DNA of 64,000 bases from Verrucomicrobiota bacterium. Lineage in GTDB: Bacteria > Verrucomicrobiota > Verrucomicrobiia > Opitutales > Cerasicoccaceae. The stretch spans positions 544,001 to 608,000 of the forward strand of contig JBCBUK010000001.1 in assembly GCA_039818205.1 (NCBI GenBank), read 5' to 3'. How positions within the stretch are numbered: the stretch's first letter is position 1; every line of letters starts with the position of its first letter. A model generated the notes under the pieces. It was not told where the DNA came from. It made no database searches and was given only the letters and a program-made list of their open reading frames with translations. Position numbers and translations under genes: made by a program. Shown piece after piece: positions 38,704-48,596 of the stretch.

Positions 38704-41592
38704 CTACGGAAGCAGATCCATCATCATCTCTTTCTCGACCAGTGTGCGGTAGAATCGGGAAGTGTCCGAAAGCGCAGCGGGCGTCTCACTAGGCATCCCC
38801 TCACCTGCTTGCAAATCGGTTAGATCAAACCAGTTGATCAGGTCCACTGAGTATTGAAACTTCCACGCACGGCCACGGGGCGGAACCCAGCTTAACCGTG
38901 ATTCGTCAGGCAGTATGACAATACCAAGTTCCTCCACTCGATCGTATTCCAGTGGGTTCGTGCCGGCCAGGAATTCCTCCCAGTTGTTTCGCGAATCCAG
39001 ATCGGGGTTTCCTTGCTTACCATTCGAATCGATCGGCAAACCAAACCGTTTTTCCCAGCTGTCGGGTAGATCATCAGCATCGGCGTCTAGTGTTAGATCT
39101 CCAACCAGACCGATGCCCAAATCGTGGTAAAGCGTTCCTTCAATCAACCGCGCATCGTCCGGCGGGCAGTACTGAGCCTTGTCGCCCTGAGTCCAGACTA
39201 GCAGCTCCCAGGTATCATCGCCATCCAATGGCGGCTCATGGTTACTGTTCGTTTGTAGGCAACGGTAAAAGCGTGTGCGCTTGTCCGCGGTATGCTGAAT
39301 CACCTGGCCAGGCTCGTAGACCACCGCCTCACCCTTGTTTGTTTGGTAATTGGGAAAACTGGAGGCCTCGCCAATGGTTGCCGTCCACCGGGTCCAATTC
39401 AAAATATCTATTGGTCCATCATCTCCCAACAGGTTGATGAAGCGAGGTTCTAACACCTGTTTTTCAACCGTCCCATTCTCGACAATTGTGCTATTTCCGC
39501 TGGCCCACCGCTGGATTGCCCGATCACGGCTGTCGTCGTGAACGTTGTCGGTTACGGTTACCGTCGTACCATTCGAGGCCATTAGAATACAGTTCCGCGT
39601 GTCCCAGGTAGCGGTATACACGTCGTCGTAGTGGAAATCAAAACCGCCCCAGAAATTGTTGCGCCAGATCCACGGCGTCGTGTTATCCGTGTTGCGAAAT
39701 TGATAGGCCCCCGCAATTCCCCGGCAACCCCAGTTCACGTTGTTCTCGATAATGAAGGGCAAACCATTCGGCGTAATACTCGCCTTGGGTGTTACGGAGA
39801 CGTTATAAAATTTCTCGCCGGCCCCCATCAGGATGTTGTTTTGGAAAATCACGTTCCCTTGGCGTAACCCGATCTGCGCACAATTGTCTTGGTAACGCTG
39901 AAACGGAGAGAGCCAGTCCATTGCTCCCCAAAAAACACTGTTGCGGACAACACAGTTATTGCCCAGCTGGCCCACCTGAATCGCCTCGGTTCCCGTTCGG
40001 AGAATCAAGACGTTCTCAATGAGCAAATGGTTAAATTGATGTTGGGGATCCAGCTGTGTGCTTCCCAGATAGATTCCTTCCGAACCGGTATCGTGGATAT
40101 ACAAGTGATGCAAATAGACATCGTCCATGTCCATCGAATCATTGTTGTCTCGTTTCAGTAACATGCCGGCGAACCCCCCATCCGAAGCCTCGACGTGATC
40201 GATTTCCCAACCGGTCGCGGTGCCGTTCACATAGATCAGGCTGTTGCTCTCTCCTTCCCACTCATTGCAGATCCAAAAACCATAACGCCCATTTGAAAAA
40301 CCAAACTGCACATCGCCCTCCGGCCCCACGCATCCAGGGAAGTCAACGTGGCCAAATCCATTTGCAGGATCATACAATCCGGTCAGGCGCCAATAACTAC
40401 CGTTGGTCAGGTTGATCCGATTTGCGTAGACCTGCCCTAAGAAATTTGTGATCGGAACACGATCAGTCGGACCAGTGCCATTGACCCCGCTTAGGTTCAG
40501 GCTAATGTACTCAAAGATGCCTGCCTTGATTAAGACTTTATTGGGTGGAGCGATCGAGATCTCGCCCGCCCCATAACTGATCGAGGGACCAGCCGTGCTC
40601 GTTGCGTTCCAGATGACAAAATCGCCTTCGTTGATCTCCGGATATGCTGCGGCAACAGCCGCATCAGCAACACCGTTGGTATCGAATGCCCCCGTCTGGT
40701 CCTGAATAGAAATCTCAAGTTCAAATGGCGTGACCCCATCCTCCGAATCAACAATCTCAAAGCTCAATAGATAGCGGGACTGGGTTTCGAAGTCATAGGA
40801 ACGTGTGGTCCATAGCTCCATGCCCTCCAAACGAAAGGTGGCGTTGTCACCGTCGGATGGATCAAAGCGCAAGGTGTAGGTTTCTCCCGGCTCACCTCCG
40901 GCAAAGCTAATCGTTCCCACCCGTTGCTGCCAATCGGAGTTTTCCTGAATCGTACTATTGTCGATTTCAAGCCGAGGAACATTCGCATACTCTGGCGGGA
41001 CCAGGCCATCATACAAGTAGCCAACGATGGCATACTCCTGGGCTCGATCCGCATAGGTCGACGTGGACTTAAGTATCAGATAACGCCGCGCTGGGCGCAC
41101 ACCACCGACTTCGTTGATTCGTTTGTCGCGGAACCAGGATTCAACCCCCAAATGTGGCACTCCTTGCCCACTGTTAAAGTTAAGGCGGGTTTCGATCACA
41201 CCGTCGTCGTTGGTCGTGTCGGTATCGTCATCCCACCACATCTCGGCATATCCTGGATGACTGCCTCCTGAAAACGAACGATAGCGCGTCCACGTTTCCA
41301 TAATATGGACTTCATCGTAATCCGGCCCAAAATCGATATAACCGAAGCGTTCCGTATATGGCGGAGCACCGGCAGCTCCAGCCGGTCCGATAACCGCAGA
41401 GTTGACCGTATCCCAGCTTGACGAACCATCAAATGCGCCCTGCATCGGGAAATAGGCACTGCCAGATGCGATACCCGCATCATTCGGAACAATAACCTGC
41501 CACTCACTCGGCGGCGGATTTGCCGACGCCAACGGCACGCCAAAGAGCCATCCGACTCCCAAAATCACTGTAGCACGGAACAAGTAACACAT
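38704..41592 (-). CDS. large secreted modular protein: N-terminal domain, cadherin-like domain, right-handed beta-helix, CBM5/12-like module, DxDxD + C-terminal domain
   Basis: Signal peptide. Cadherin-like IQEN...VGTI...DNATFRLEG...YDFETQSRY. Beta-helix-like HHLYIHDTGSEGIYLG, IENVLILRTGTEAIQVG. YEPGQVIQH...YRCLQ...PP...WE. Confidence 0.75.
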   Translation of the reverse strand: MCYLFRATVILGVGWLFGVPLASANPPPSEWQVIVPNDAGIASGSAYFPMQGAFDGSSSWDTVNSAVIGPAGAAGAPPYTERFGYIDFGPDYDEVHIMETWTRYRSFSGGSHPGYAEMWWDDDTDTTNDDGVIETRLNFNSGQGVPHLGVESWFRDKRINEVGGVRPARRYLILKSTSTYADRAQEYAIVGYLYDGLVPPEYANVPRLEIDNSTIQENSDWQQRVGTISFAGGEPGETYTLRFDPSDGDNATFRLEGMELWTTRSYDFETQSRYLLSFEIVDSEDGVTPFELEISIQDQTGAFDTNGVADAAVAAAYPEINEGDFVIWNATSTAGPSISYGAGEISIAPPNKVLIKAGIFEYISLNLSGVNGTGPTDRVPITNFLGQVYANRINLTNGSYWRLTGLYDPANGFGHVDFPGCVGPEGDVQFGFSNGRYGFWICNEWEGESNSLIYVNGTATGWEIDHVEASDGGFAGMLLKRDNNDSMDMDDVYLHHLYIHDTGSEGIYLGSTQLDPQHQFNHLLIENVLILRTGTEAIQVGQLGNNCVVRNSVFWGAMDWLSPFQRYQDNCAQIGLRQGNVIFQNNILMGAGEKFYNVSVTPKASITPNGLPFIIENNVNWGCRGIAGAYQFRNTDNTTPWIWRNNFWGGFDFHYDDVYTATWDTRNCILMASNGTTVTVTDNVHDDSRDRAIQRWASGNSTIVENGTVEKQVLEPRFINLLGDDGPIDILNWTRWTATIGEASSFPNYQTNKGEAVVYEPGQVIQHTADKRTRFYRCLQTNSNHEPPLDGDDTWELLVWTQGDKAQYCPPDDARLIEGTLYHDLGIGLVGDLTLDADADDLPDSWEKRFGLPIDSNGKQGNPDLDSRNNWEEFLAGTNPLEYDRVEELGIVILPDESRLSWVPPRGRAWKFQYSVDLINWFDLTDLQAGEGMPSETPAALSDTSRFYRTLVEKEMMMDLLP

Positions 41593-41950
41593 TACTTAAT
41601 AGACTATCACAACATTCCCTATTCGCCTATCCGGTAAAGGCCCGTATCCACTCATCAAAATGCCTGAGCCCGCATAAACACTGGGCTAATCGCCCCAAGC
41701 ATCGGAATTTTTCACAGATCATTTACGCACAATGCTTGTTGCTACGGCCCAATGTTTCACCCCAGCTTTTCAGAAATAAGCAAAGCCAATTTAAGGTCGT
41801 TTCTTCCAAAGGCGGCAAGCATCGGAATCAACAAACGTTTTGGTATTCGTTTCAGCAACAGAAGTTCCGCCAGACACAACATTGCGCGGAAAATGCATTC
41901 TTTTTCGCGTGAGGGTCTACCTTCGACCTTTTATCGCGTGTATAGTGGCA

Positions 41951-42097
41951 ATCGTAGACACGAAGAGACCTCCGAGGAGTCGCTTGCGGCGCCAAAGAAC
42001 TTGGAGTGTCTATTGTTAAAGGTGTAATTAGTTTGTATATTGGGGTTTACACTAAAACGGGCCTCTGCGTGGCAACTCTGCGTAGAGGCTTCTTTTT
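41951..42097 (+). ncRNA. candidate structured small RNA or attenuator (unassigned family)
   Basis: TATAGT at 41941-41946, then a multibranch fold closed by TAGACAC/GTGTCTA, a second hairpin, and an intrinsic terminator. Lies in a ~700-bp region with no credible ORF. Confidence 0.45.
42061..42097 (+). terminator. intrinsic terminator
   Basis: GCCTCTGCGT-GGCAACTCT-GCGTAGAGGC followed by TTCTTTTT. Confidence 0.75.
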
Positions 42098-42302
42098 GTG
42101 TATGTTTTGGCGTAAAACAAACTCTCGAGCCACCCAGCTTGTCTGCAAAAGCTGACTCTCCTTTCGAGGCAGGCGCTCTTAGGTAACCGAGAGGTAAGGA
42201 CTTGAGAAGAGTTTTCGGGCTAGCGATTGAGCCGATTCTGCAAACGAGACAAGAAAACCTTGCCCAGCGAAGAAATCGTGATTGATAGTGTCGGCTTTGC
42301 TC

Positions 42303-43094
42303 ATGAATCCCGAACAGCCAAACCAACCAGGCGGTCAGCCCCGCCAACTCAATTTACAGCAACTGGCCAACCAAATGTTGGGCGGCCTTCAGCGCCACTT
42401 CGACATGTTGGCATTTAACATCGCTGCGCACGAGTGCGTCACGGAGGAGGCCTATCACAGCCGAGTCCAAGCGACTAAAGTAATGCCAGCGGCACCTGCT
42501 CACCAAAATTTTGAGCAAATGCAGGCTTACGCGCAGGATTTGATGATGCGCCAAGTCATTAACGATGTGCTCAATCTGGCTGTTGCCGCCCTGAATAACA
42601 GCCACCTTTTCCTAGCGGCCATCAAGGCGCAGAAGGAGTTTGGACAAAACCAAGAGGGTCAGCAGCAAGCCAACCAATCTCAGCAAGCCTTTGCTCAAGC
42701 CCAATTGGACGAAAAGTTCAATCAGATGGAGCAAGGATACGGCGTCCTTTGTGAACTTGAAGACACCATCATCTCGCTTGGTTTTGCGATGCAAGCCCTC
42801 GTCCAGAACGGCGCCATGGTCCAACAAGCGCACCTCGATGAACAAGGCGAGCTGGCGTTTGACTTGAAGGCATTCGAAGTAACCGCTGATCCCGAGCCTG
42901 GCCAACCAGGTCAGGGTCGATTAATCGACCAGCGAAAAGTCCTGCGCGAGGGCGAGGCTGTGACCTTTAATCGCCAAGAACTTCAACTCCTCCTAATCAC
43001 TGCAGCGTCGTTCTTCGATCAACTTTTCAAGGCTGTCGCTCGCTACGCCGAGGAGAATAATCCAAATGCTGGCCAACAGCCCGAAGCTCAATAA
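42303..43094 (+). CDS. hypothetical Gln-rich, mostly helical protein
   Basis: Long ORF with coding-like composition filling the gap before rplM; probable start ATG 42303 (MNPEQP). No family recognised. Confidence 0.75.
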   Translation: MNPEQPNQPGGQPRQLNLQQLANQMLGGLQRHFDMLAFNIAAHECVTEEAYHSRVQATKVMPAAPAHQNFEQMQAYAQDLMMRQVINDVLNLAVAALNNSHLFLAAIKAQKEFGQNQEGQQQANQSQQAFAQAQLDEKFNQMEQGYGVLCELEDTIISLGFAMQALVQNGAMVQQAHLDEQGELAFDLKAFEVTADPEPGQPGQGRLIDQRKVLREGEAVTFNRQELQLLLITAASFFDQLFKAVARYAEENNPNAGQQPEAQ

Positions 43095-43150
43095 TAACAA
43101 AAGAATCGCTCGGAATTCGCATTTTCGACCGATTTTACCAAGAAAACGTG

Positions 43151-43178
43151 TTGACAGTAGGCCCCGTTAGCCTACTTT
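43151..43178 (+). promoter_or_regulatory. rplM-rpsI promoter
   Basis: TTGACA (43151-43156), N16, TACTTT (43173-43178). Confidence 0.7.
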
Positions 43179-43199
43179 CCTCGCTTTTCCCTATTTCCG

Positions 43200-43631
43200 A
43201 TGAAGACAACTCTAGCCAAACCAGACGCCGAGAAACAGTGGTTCGTCGTCGACGCCGAGGGTGAAGTCCTAGGACGCCTCGCCGTTAAGATTGCCAATGC
43301 CCTTCGTGGCCGCCACAAGGCGACCTACACGCCGCACGTCGATGCTGGTGATTACGTCATCGTGATCAATGCCGACAAGGTAAAGGTCACTGGCCGCAAA
43401 GAAGAGGACAAGCAGTATATGTTTCACACTGGTTGGGTCGGTAATGAATACCGTCGCAACGTCGCACATTTCCGCGCCAAGAAGCCCGCGTTCCTGATTG
43501 AGAATGCCGTCAAAGGCATGCTTCCCCGTAACAAGCTTGCTCGTCACATGATGAAGAAGCTCAAAGTATACGCGGGTACCGAGCATCCACACGAAGCGCA
43601 AAATCCACAACCGTTTAAGATCGCTAAGTAA
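43200..43631 (+). CDS. rplM: 50S ribosomal protein L13
   Basis: WFVVDA.G.VLGRLA, YTPHVDAGDYVIVINA, AVKGMLP, HPHEAQ. Confidence 0.98.
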   Translation: MKTTLAKPDAEKQWFVVDAEGEVLGRLAVKIANALRGRHKATYTPHVDAGDYVIVINADKVKVTGRKEEDKQYMFHTGWVGNEYRRNVAHFRAKKPAFLIENAVKGMLPRNKLARHMMKKLKVYAGTEHPHEAQNPQPFKIAK

Positions 43632-43641
43632 CTTTTAGACC

Positions 43642-44043
43642 ATGACTGAGACGCAAACTGTTTTTACCGCTGTCGGTCGTCGTAAGACCTCATCCGCTCG
43701 TGTGCGCTTGACCCCGGGTGGATCTGGCAAGATCACCATTAACGGTCGTGAGTTCGAAGACTACTGTTTTTCGGAGTCGATGCAGCGTGGCATCAAGCTT
43801 CCATTCGACCTGACCGAAACCACTGGCCAGTTCGACGTGTTCATTCGCGTTGAAGGTGGCGGCCCAACCGGCCAAACCGGTGCCATGTCACACGGTATCG
43901 CCCGCGCTTTGCAAAAGTACAATCCAGAGCTGCGCTCAGTCCTGAAGAAGGCTGGACTCATCACACGTGACCCTCGCATGAAGGAACGTAAGAAGTCCGG
44001 TCAGCCAGGTGCACGTAAGCGATTCCAGTTCTCGAAACGCTAA
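43642..44043 (+). CDS. rpsI: 30S ribosomal protein S9
   Basis: GRRKTSSARV, GGGPTGQ, TRDPRMKERKK.G..GARKRFQFSKR. Confidence 0.98.
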   Translation: MTETQTVFTAVGRRKTSSARVRLTPGGSGKITINGREFEDYCFSESMQRGIKLPFDLTETTGQFDVFIRVEGGGPTGQTGAMSHGIARALQKYNPELRSVLKKAGLITRDPRMKERKKSGQPGARKRFQFSKR

Positions 44044-44073
44044 GCAACCCCGCGAAGGTTCTACGACTTTCCG

Positions 44074-44106
44074 AACCCTTCCGTGGCGTTGCCTGGGAGG
44101 GTTTTT
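44074..44106 (+). terminator. terminator after rpsI
   Basis: AACCCTTCC...GGGAGGGTT stem followed by TTT. Confidence 0.65.
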
Positions 44107-44144
44107 GCATTTTCACGTCTTTTGTTACTCAACTTTTTCATTTT

Positions 44145-45188
44145 GTGGCACATTCAAACATCAACGTAGGTATCGTCGGCGCCGCGGGTTACTCCGGCGA
44201 GGAACTTGTCCGGATCATCGCCGGCCACCCTCAGGTAAACCTTACAGCCGTCACCTCGCGTTCTCTGATCGGGAAACCCGTTATCGAGGTAATGCCCAAA
44301 TTCCGGGGTCTACTTGCTGACGATTTTGTCTTTACTGAGAGCAACGCCGAAGCGCTGGCCCAACGAGACGACATTGACGTGTTCTTCCTGGCCCTGCCTC
44401 ATGGAGTCGCCGCCGAGTATGCCGAAACTCTCGTAAATGCCGGCAAAAAAGTGCTGGATCTTAGTGCGGACTTTCGGTTGAGCTCCACGGAAACCTATCT
44501 CGAATTTTACGGAAAAGAGCACCCGGCACCCGAGTTACTCAAAGACGCCGCTTACGTAATCCCGGAAATTGCGAAGGACGGATGGCAATCAGCGAAGATG
44601 ATCGCCTGCCCGGGATGCTATCCAACAAGCATCATCACTCCTCTCTTTCCACTATTGAAGCAGGCTTTAGTCGAACCGACCGGCATTGTCGTGAACTCGA
44701 TGAGCGGGGTGAGCGGTGCTGGCAAAAAGGTATCCGAAGACTATATTTACTGCGAACGGAACGAATCCGCTAAGGCATACGGGGTTCCCAAACACCGGCA
44801 CCTCTCCGAGATCGAAGAACAGCTCTCGACCGCGCAAGGAAGCCAGATTATCGTCCAGTTTTCGCCGCACTTAGTCCCCATGAAACGGGGCATCGCGTCC
44901 ACGATTGTCGTCAAAGCGAAGCAAGCGGGAATAGATTCTATTTACTCCGCCTGGGAATCCGCTTACGCAGATCGGCCATTTATCGGCATACTACCAAGTG
45001 GTAAGACGCCCGACACCGCCCATGTAACCGGAACCAACCGGGTAGATCTCTCCGCTGTCTACGATGAGCGGACCGGAAATCTTGTCATCACTTCGGCGGA
45101 AGACAATTTGCTCAAAGGTGCCAGCGGCCAAGCAGTGCAAATCATGAACCTTTGGCTCGGTTTCCCCGAAACAGCTGGCCTCATTTAA
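44145..45188 (+). CDS. argC: N-acetyl-gamma-glutamyl-phosphate reductase
   Basis: GAAGYSG, LALPHG, DLSADFRL, PGCYPT, SGVSGAG, HRHLSEI, DNLLKGASGQAVQ. Confidence 0.97.
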   Translation: MAHSNINVGIVGAAGYSGEELVRIIAGHPQVNLTAVTSRSLIGKPVIEVMPKFRGLLADDFVFTESNAEALAQRDDIDVFFLALPHGVAAEYAETLVNAGKKVLDLSADFRLSSTETYLEFYGKEHPAPELLKDAAYVIPEIAKDGWQSAKMIACPGCYPTSIITPLFPLLKQALVEPTGIVVNSMSGVSGAGKKVSEDYIYCERNESAKAYGVPKHRHLSEIEEQLSTAQGSQIIVQFSPHLVPMKRGIASTIVVKAKQAGIDSIYSAWESAYADRPFIGILPSGKTPDTAHVTGTNRVDLSAVYDERTGNLVITSAEDNLLKGASGQAVQIMNLWLGFPETAGLI

Positions 45189-45213
45189 TCCGCCAATCTC
45201 AGCACTGCACCAC

Positions 45214-46443
45214 ATGAACGACCGCATCAACATTTCCGATCCCGCCAACGGCTTGAATGAAGCCGCCGGTTTCCAATGCGCTGGCGTTGGTTGCGATATA
45301 CGCGGTATCGGCGATGATCGCCTTGATCTGGCATTGATTTATTCGTCGTCGCCCTGCACTGCCGCTGGCGTATTTACCACAAACGATGTCAAAGCGGCCC
45401 CAGTGGTTCTTGATCAGCAGATTCTTGCCAGCGGCGTTCCCTATCACGGAATTGTCGTGAATAGCGGCAACGCAAATGCCTGCACCGGCGAACAAGGAAT
45501 GACCGACGCACAGGCAATGACGGCTGCCGCCGAGGAAGCATGCGGCGCACCAAGCGGTTCTTTTTTCGTCTGCTCGACTGGACGGATCGGTCGGCACCTC
45601 CCCATGGACAATGTGCTCAGAGGCATATCTGATGCGGGTCTAGGGCTAAATAGCTCTGCGGAACAAAGTCAACGGGCAGCGGACGCAATCCTCACGTCCG
45701 ACACTCGCTCTAAAACGGTATCCGCAAGCTTTGTTTGGCAAAGCAAAACCATCACCGTTGCGGGCATCGGCAAAGGAGCAGGTATGATTGAGCCCAAAAT
45801 GGCCACAATGCTCGCGTTTGTTACGACCGATGCCGCCGTGCCTCAGCCGCTGCTCCAGGAAACGCTCGCCCAGGCAAATCAATGCTCTTTCAACCAGATC
45901 ACGGTCGACGGCGATATGAGCACCAACGATACGGTTTTGCTACTCGCCAACGGTAACAGCGAGGTGATGGTATCTCTGGACGAGCCCGAACTGCTTTCCC
46001 TGTTTCAAGATGCCGTAGCCGTTGTATGCCGCAAACTGGCCGAGAAAATTGTCGGCGATGGCGAACGGGTCACCAAGTTTGTCCAATTAAAGATCGAAGG
46101 AGCCCCAACGGCCGAAGATGCCGAGAAAGTCGCGCGGGCAGTTGGCAATTCCCTCTTGGTTAAGACCTCCTGGTTCGGTAGTGATCCAAATTGGGGACGG
46201 CTCATGGACGCGGCCGGCTATGCGCGGATCGGTCTCATCGAGAATCGGGTCGACCTTTTCTACAACGACGTGCCTGCGCTTCTACAAGGAACTCCACAGG
46301 ATAAATACTTGGCGCAGTGGAAAGCAATCGTCGCTGAGAAACATTTCTCAATAACCCTAAACCTGAACCTCGGTGGAGCCGATTATGAACTGCTTTCAAC
46401 CGATCTTTCGACGGGCTACGTTGACTTTAATAAATCCGAATAA
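45214..46443 (+). CDS. argJ: ornithine acetyltransferase / N-acetylglutamate synthase ArgJ
   Basis: NSGNANACTG, STGRIG, KGAGMIEPKMATML, DGDMSTND, DGE, DPNWGR. Confidence 0.97.
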   Translation: MNDRINISDPANGLNEAAGFQCAGVGCDIRGIGDDRLDLALIYSSSPCTAAGVFTTNDVKAAPVVLDQQILASGVPYHGIVVNSGNANACTGEQGMTDAQAMTAAAEEACGAPSGSFFVCSTGRIGRHLPMDNVLRGISDAGLGLNSSAEQSQRAADAILTSDTRSKTVSASFVWQSKTITVAGIGKGAGMIEPKMATMLAFVTTDAAVPQPLLQETLAQANQCSFNQITVDGDMSTNDTVLLLANGNSEVMVSLDEPELLSLFQDAVAVVCRKLAEKIVGDGERVTKFVQLKIEGAPTAEDAEKVARAVGNSLLVKTSWFGSDPNWGRLMDAAGYARIGLIENRVDLFYNDVPALLQGTPQDKYLAQWKAIVAEKHFSITLNLNLGGADYELLSTDLSTGYVDFNKSE

Positions 46444-46451
46444 GCTGAACC

Positions 46452-47369
46452 ATGTCAGACATACCTGCTCCACTTTCTGATACGCTCGACGGCATTGACA
46501 TTACCACCAAAGCCCGTGTGCTGCTGGAGGCCCTGCCGTACATCCAGCGCTTTCGCGGTTCGACATTTGTCGTCAAATATGGCGGTAGCTTCATGGACGA
46601 TCCCGACCCTGAAGTCCGGGTTCGCGTGGCTACCGATATCGTTTTTCTGGCTGCCGTCGGCATTCAAGTTGTCGTCGTTCACGGTGGGGGCAAAGCGATC
46701 TCTCGCGGCATGGAAGAGGCTGGATTGAAACCAGTCTTCGCCAATGGTCTAAGAGTTACCGACGCATCAGCGATAAAGATCGTCGAGAAGACCCTCAATA
46801 AGAAGGTCAACCTCGACATCTGCGAACTTGTTCAGCAGAAGCAAGGGCGTCCCCTGGGTGTCTCCGGCAACAGTGTCTTCGTCTGCGATAAGTTGCACTC
46901 TTACGATAAGGAGGGCAAGCCGCTCGACCTGGGTTTCGTGGGATCGATCAAAATTGTTAAGGCAAAACTCATTAAGAAGGCACTGACCGACGGCTACACG
47001 CCGATCATTTCGCCAATCGCACTTGATGAGAACAATCAGCCGCACAATACCAACGCGGATGTCGCGGCTTCGGCCGTCGCCTCCGCCCTACGCGCTCGCC
47101 GGTTGGTCTATCTCTCTGACGTACCCGGCCTTCTCCGGGATCCTTCCGATCCGAGCTCGCTGATTTCGACTCTGCATGTCGACGAAGTCGACGGCTTGAA
47201 AAAAGATGGAACCATTGGCAAGGGGATGATTCCCAAGGTAGACAGCGCGGTCAAAGCATTGCACAACGGCGTCCACCGGGTTCACTTCGTGGATGGGCGG
47301 CAACCGCACAGTATCTTACTCGAAATCTTTACCGACCGTGGTATTGGAACCGAAATTGTTAATCGGTAA
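46452..47369 (+). CDS. argB: acetylglutamate kinase
   Basis: [43 protein letters not shown]. Confidence 0.97.
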   Translation: MSDIPAPLSDTLDGIDITTKARVLLEALPYIQRFRGSTFVVKYGGSFMDDPDPEVRVRVATDIVFLAAVGIQVVVVHGGGKAISRGMEEAGLKPVFANGLRVTDASAIKIVEKTLNKKVNLDICELVQQKQGRPLGVSGNSVFVCDKLHSYDKEGKPLDLGFVGSIKIVKAKLIKKALTDGYTPIISPIALDENNQPHNTNADVAASAVASALRARRLVYLSDVPGLLRDPSDPSSLISTLHVDEVDGLKKDGTIGKGMIPKVDSAVKALHNGVHRVHFVDGRQPHSILLEIFTDRGIGTEIVNR

Positions 47370-47381
47370 CACCTCCTTACT

Positions 47382-48581
47382 ATGACCTCCGCAACTGCCA
47401 ATCGTTACGACGAATTCGTCCTCGGAAATTACGGCCCACCATCCTGCACACTGGTGCGGGGCGAAGGTGTTTACGTATATGACGACGCGAATCGCCGCCT
47501 TCTCGACTTCGGTTCCGGCATCGCTGTGAGCGCCATTGGTCATTGCCATCCAGTATGGGTAGAGGCCATTCAGAAACAAGCCGCGCAGTTGGGGCACATT
47601 AGCAATCTCTACGCACATGAGGGCCAAGGCCAATTGGCCGAGAGGCTCGTTCAGGTCGCCGGGCCCGGCAAAGCATTTTTTTGCAATAGTGGTGCCGAAG
47701 CCAACGAGGCATTAATCAAACTTGCACGTCTGCACGGCCAGAACATCTCCAATGGCAAAGAAGGTTTGCGCTACAAAGTAATCACCGCAGAAAACGCTTT
47801 TCACGGTCGCACTTTTGGTGGCATGGCTGCCACGCCTCAGGAGAAAATCCAAGGTGGCTTCCGCCCAATGGTTGATGGCTTCGCCCACGGCAAACTCAAT
47901 GATCTCAACAGTTTCGCTGACAAGATCGATGATCAAACGGCTGCAATCATGGTCGAGACCATCCAGGGCGAAGGCGGCATCAACCCCTGCACGACCGAAT
48001 TCCTACAAGGCCTCCGCGAACTGTGCGACAAACACCAGCTCTTGCTCATAATTGACGAAGTGCAATGTGGGATTGGACGGGCAGGAACATTCTTCGCCTA
48101 CGAATCGGCTGGCGTTAAGCCTGACGCCATCGGAATGGCAAAGGGGCTCGGCGGCGGCTTCCCCATTGGAGCCATCTGGATCTCTGAATCCTATGCTGGG
48201 CTGTTCAAGCCGGGATCACATGGAACCACTTTTGGCGGTGGCCCCCTCGCTTGCGCGGCGGCTCTTGCTACGCTGAACGTACTCGACGAGGAAGATCTGC
48301 TCAAAAACGTTCAGAAGAACTCTGAACCCTGGATCGCTCGTCTCGAAACTCTCATCCGTTCCTTCCCGCACATCGTGGACGAAGTGCGTGGTCGCGGATA
48401 CATGATCGGACTGGCGCTAAAGATCGACCCGCGTCCCGTCGTAAATCAACTCCGAGAAGATGGGCTCATTGCGATCCCTGCCGGAGGCAACGTCCTTCGA
48501 CTGTTGCCCCCATTGGTTGCCTCCGAAGAAGACCTTCAAATGGCGACCGACATCCTGATTCAAGTATTCAACGAATTGTAA
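47382..48581 (+). CDS. argD: acetylornithine aminotransferase
   Basis: NSGAEANE, FHGRT, EGG, DEVQCGIGR, AKGLGGGFPIGA, HGTTFGG; arg operon context. Confidence 0.95.
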   Translation: MTSATANRYDEFVLGNYGPPSCTLVRGEGVYVYDDANRRLLDFGSGIAVSAIGHCHPVWVEAIQKQAAQLGHISNLYAHEGQGQLAERLVQVAGPGKAFFCNSGAEANEALIKLARLHGQNISNGKEGLRYKVITAENAFHGRTFGGMAATPQEKIQGGFRPMVDGFAHGKLNDLNSFADKIDDQTAAIMVETIQGEGGINPCTTEFLQGLRELCDKHQLLLIIDEVQCGIGRAGTFFAYESAGVKPDAIGMAKGLGGGFPIGAIWISESYAGLFKPGSHGTTFGGGPLACAAALATLNVLDEEDLLKNVQKNSEPWIARLETLIRSFPHIVDEVRGRGYMIGLALKIDPRPVVNQLREDGLIAIPAGGNVLRLLPPLVASEEDLQMATDILIQVFNEL

Positions 48582-48596
48582 TGCCTGCCCTTGCCC

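Noticed and set aside
41955..42012. Cloverleaf-like fold as a tRNA or hammerhead ribozyme
   Set aside because: No TTCGA T-loop, 7-nt anticodon loop or CCA end, and no CTGANGA/GAAA hammerhead core.
41752..42347. ORFs 41752..42027+ and 41931..42347-
   Set aside because: Non-protein-like composition, mutual overlap, and overlap with a terminator and structured region; a non-coding interpretation fits better.
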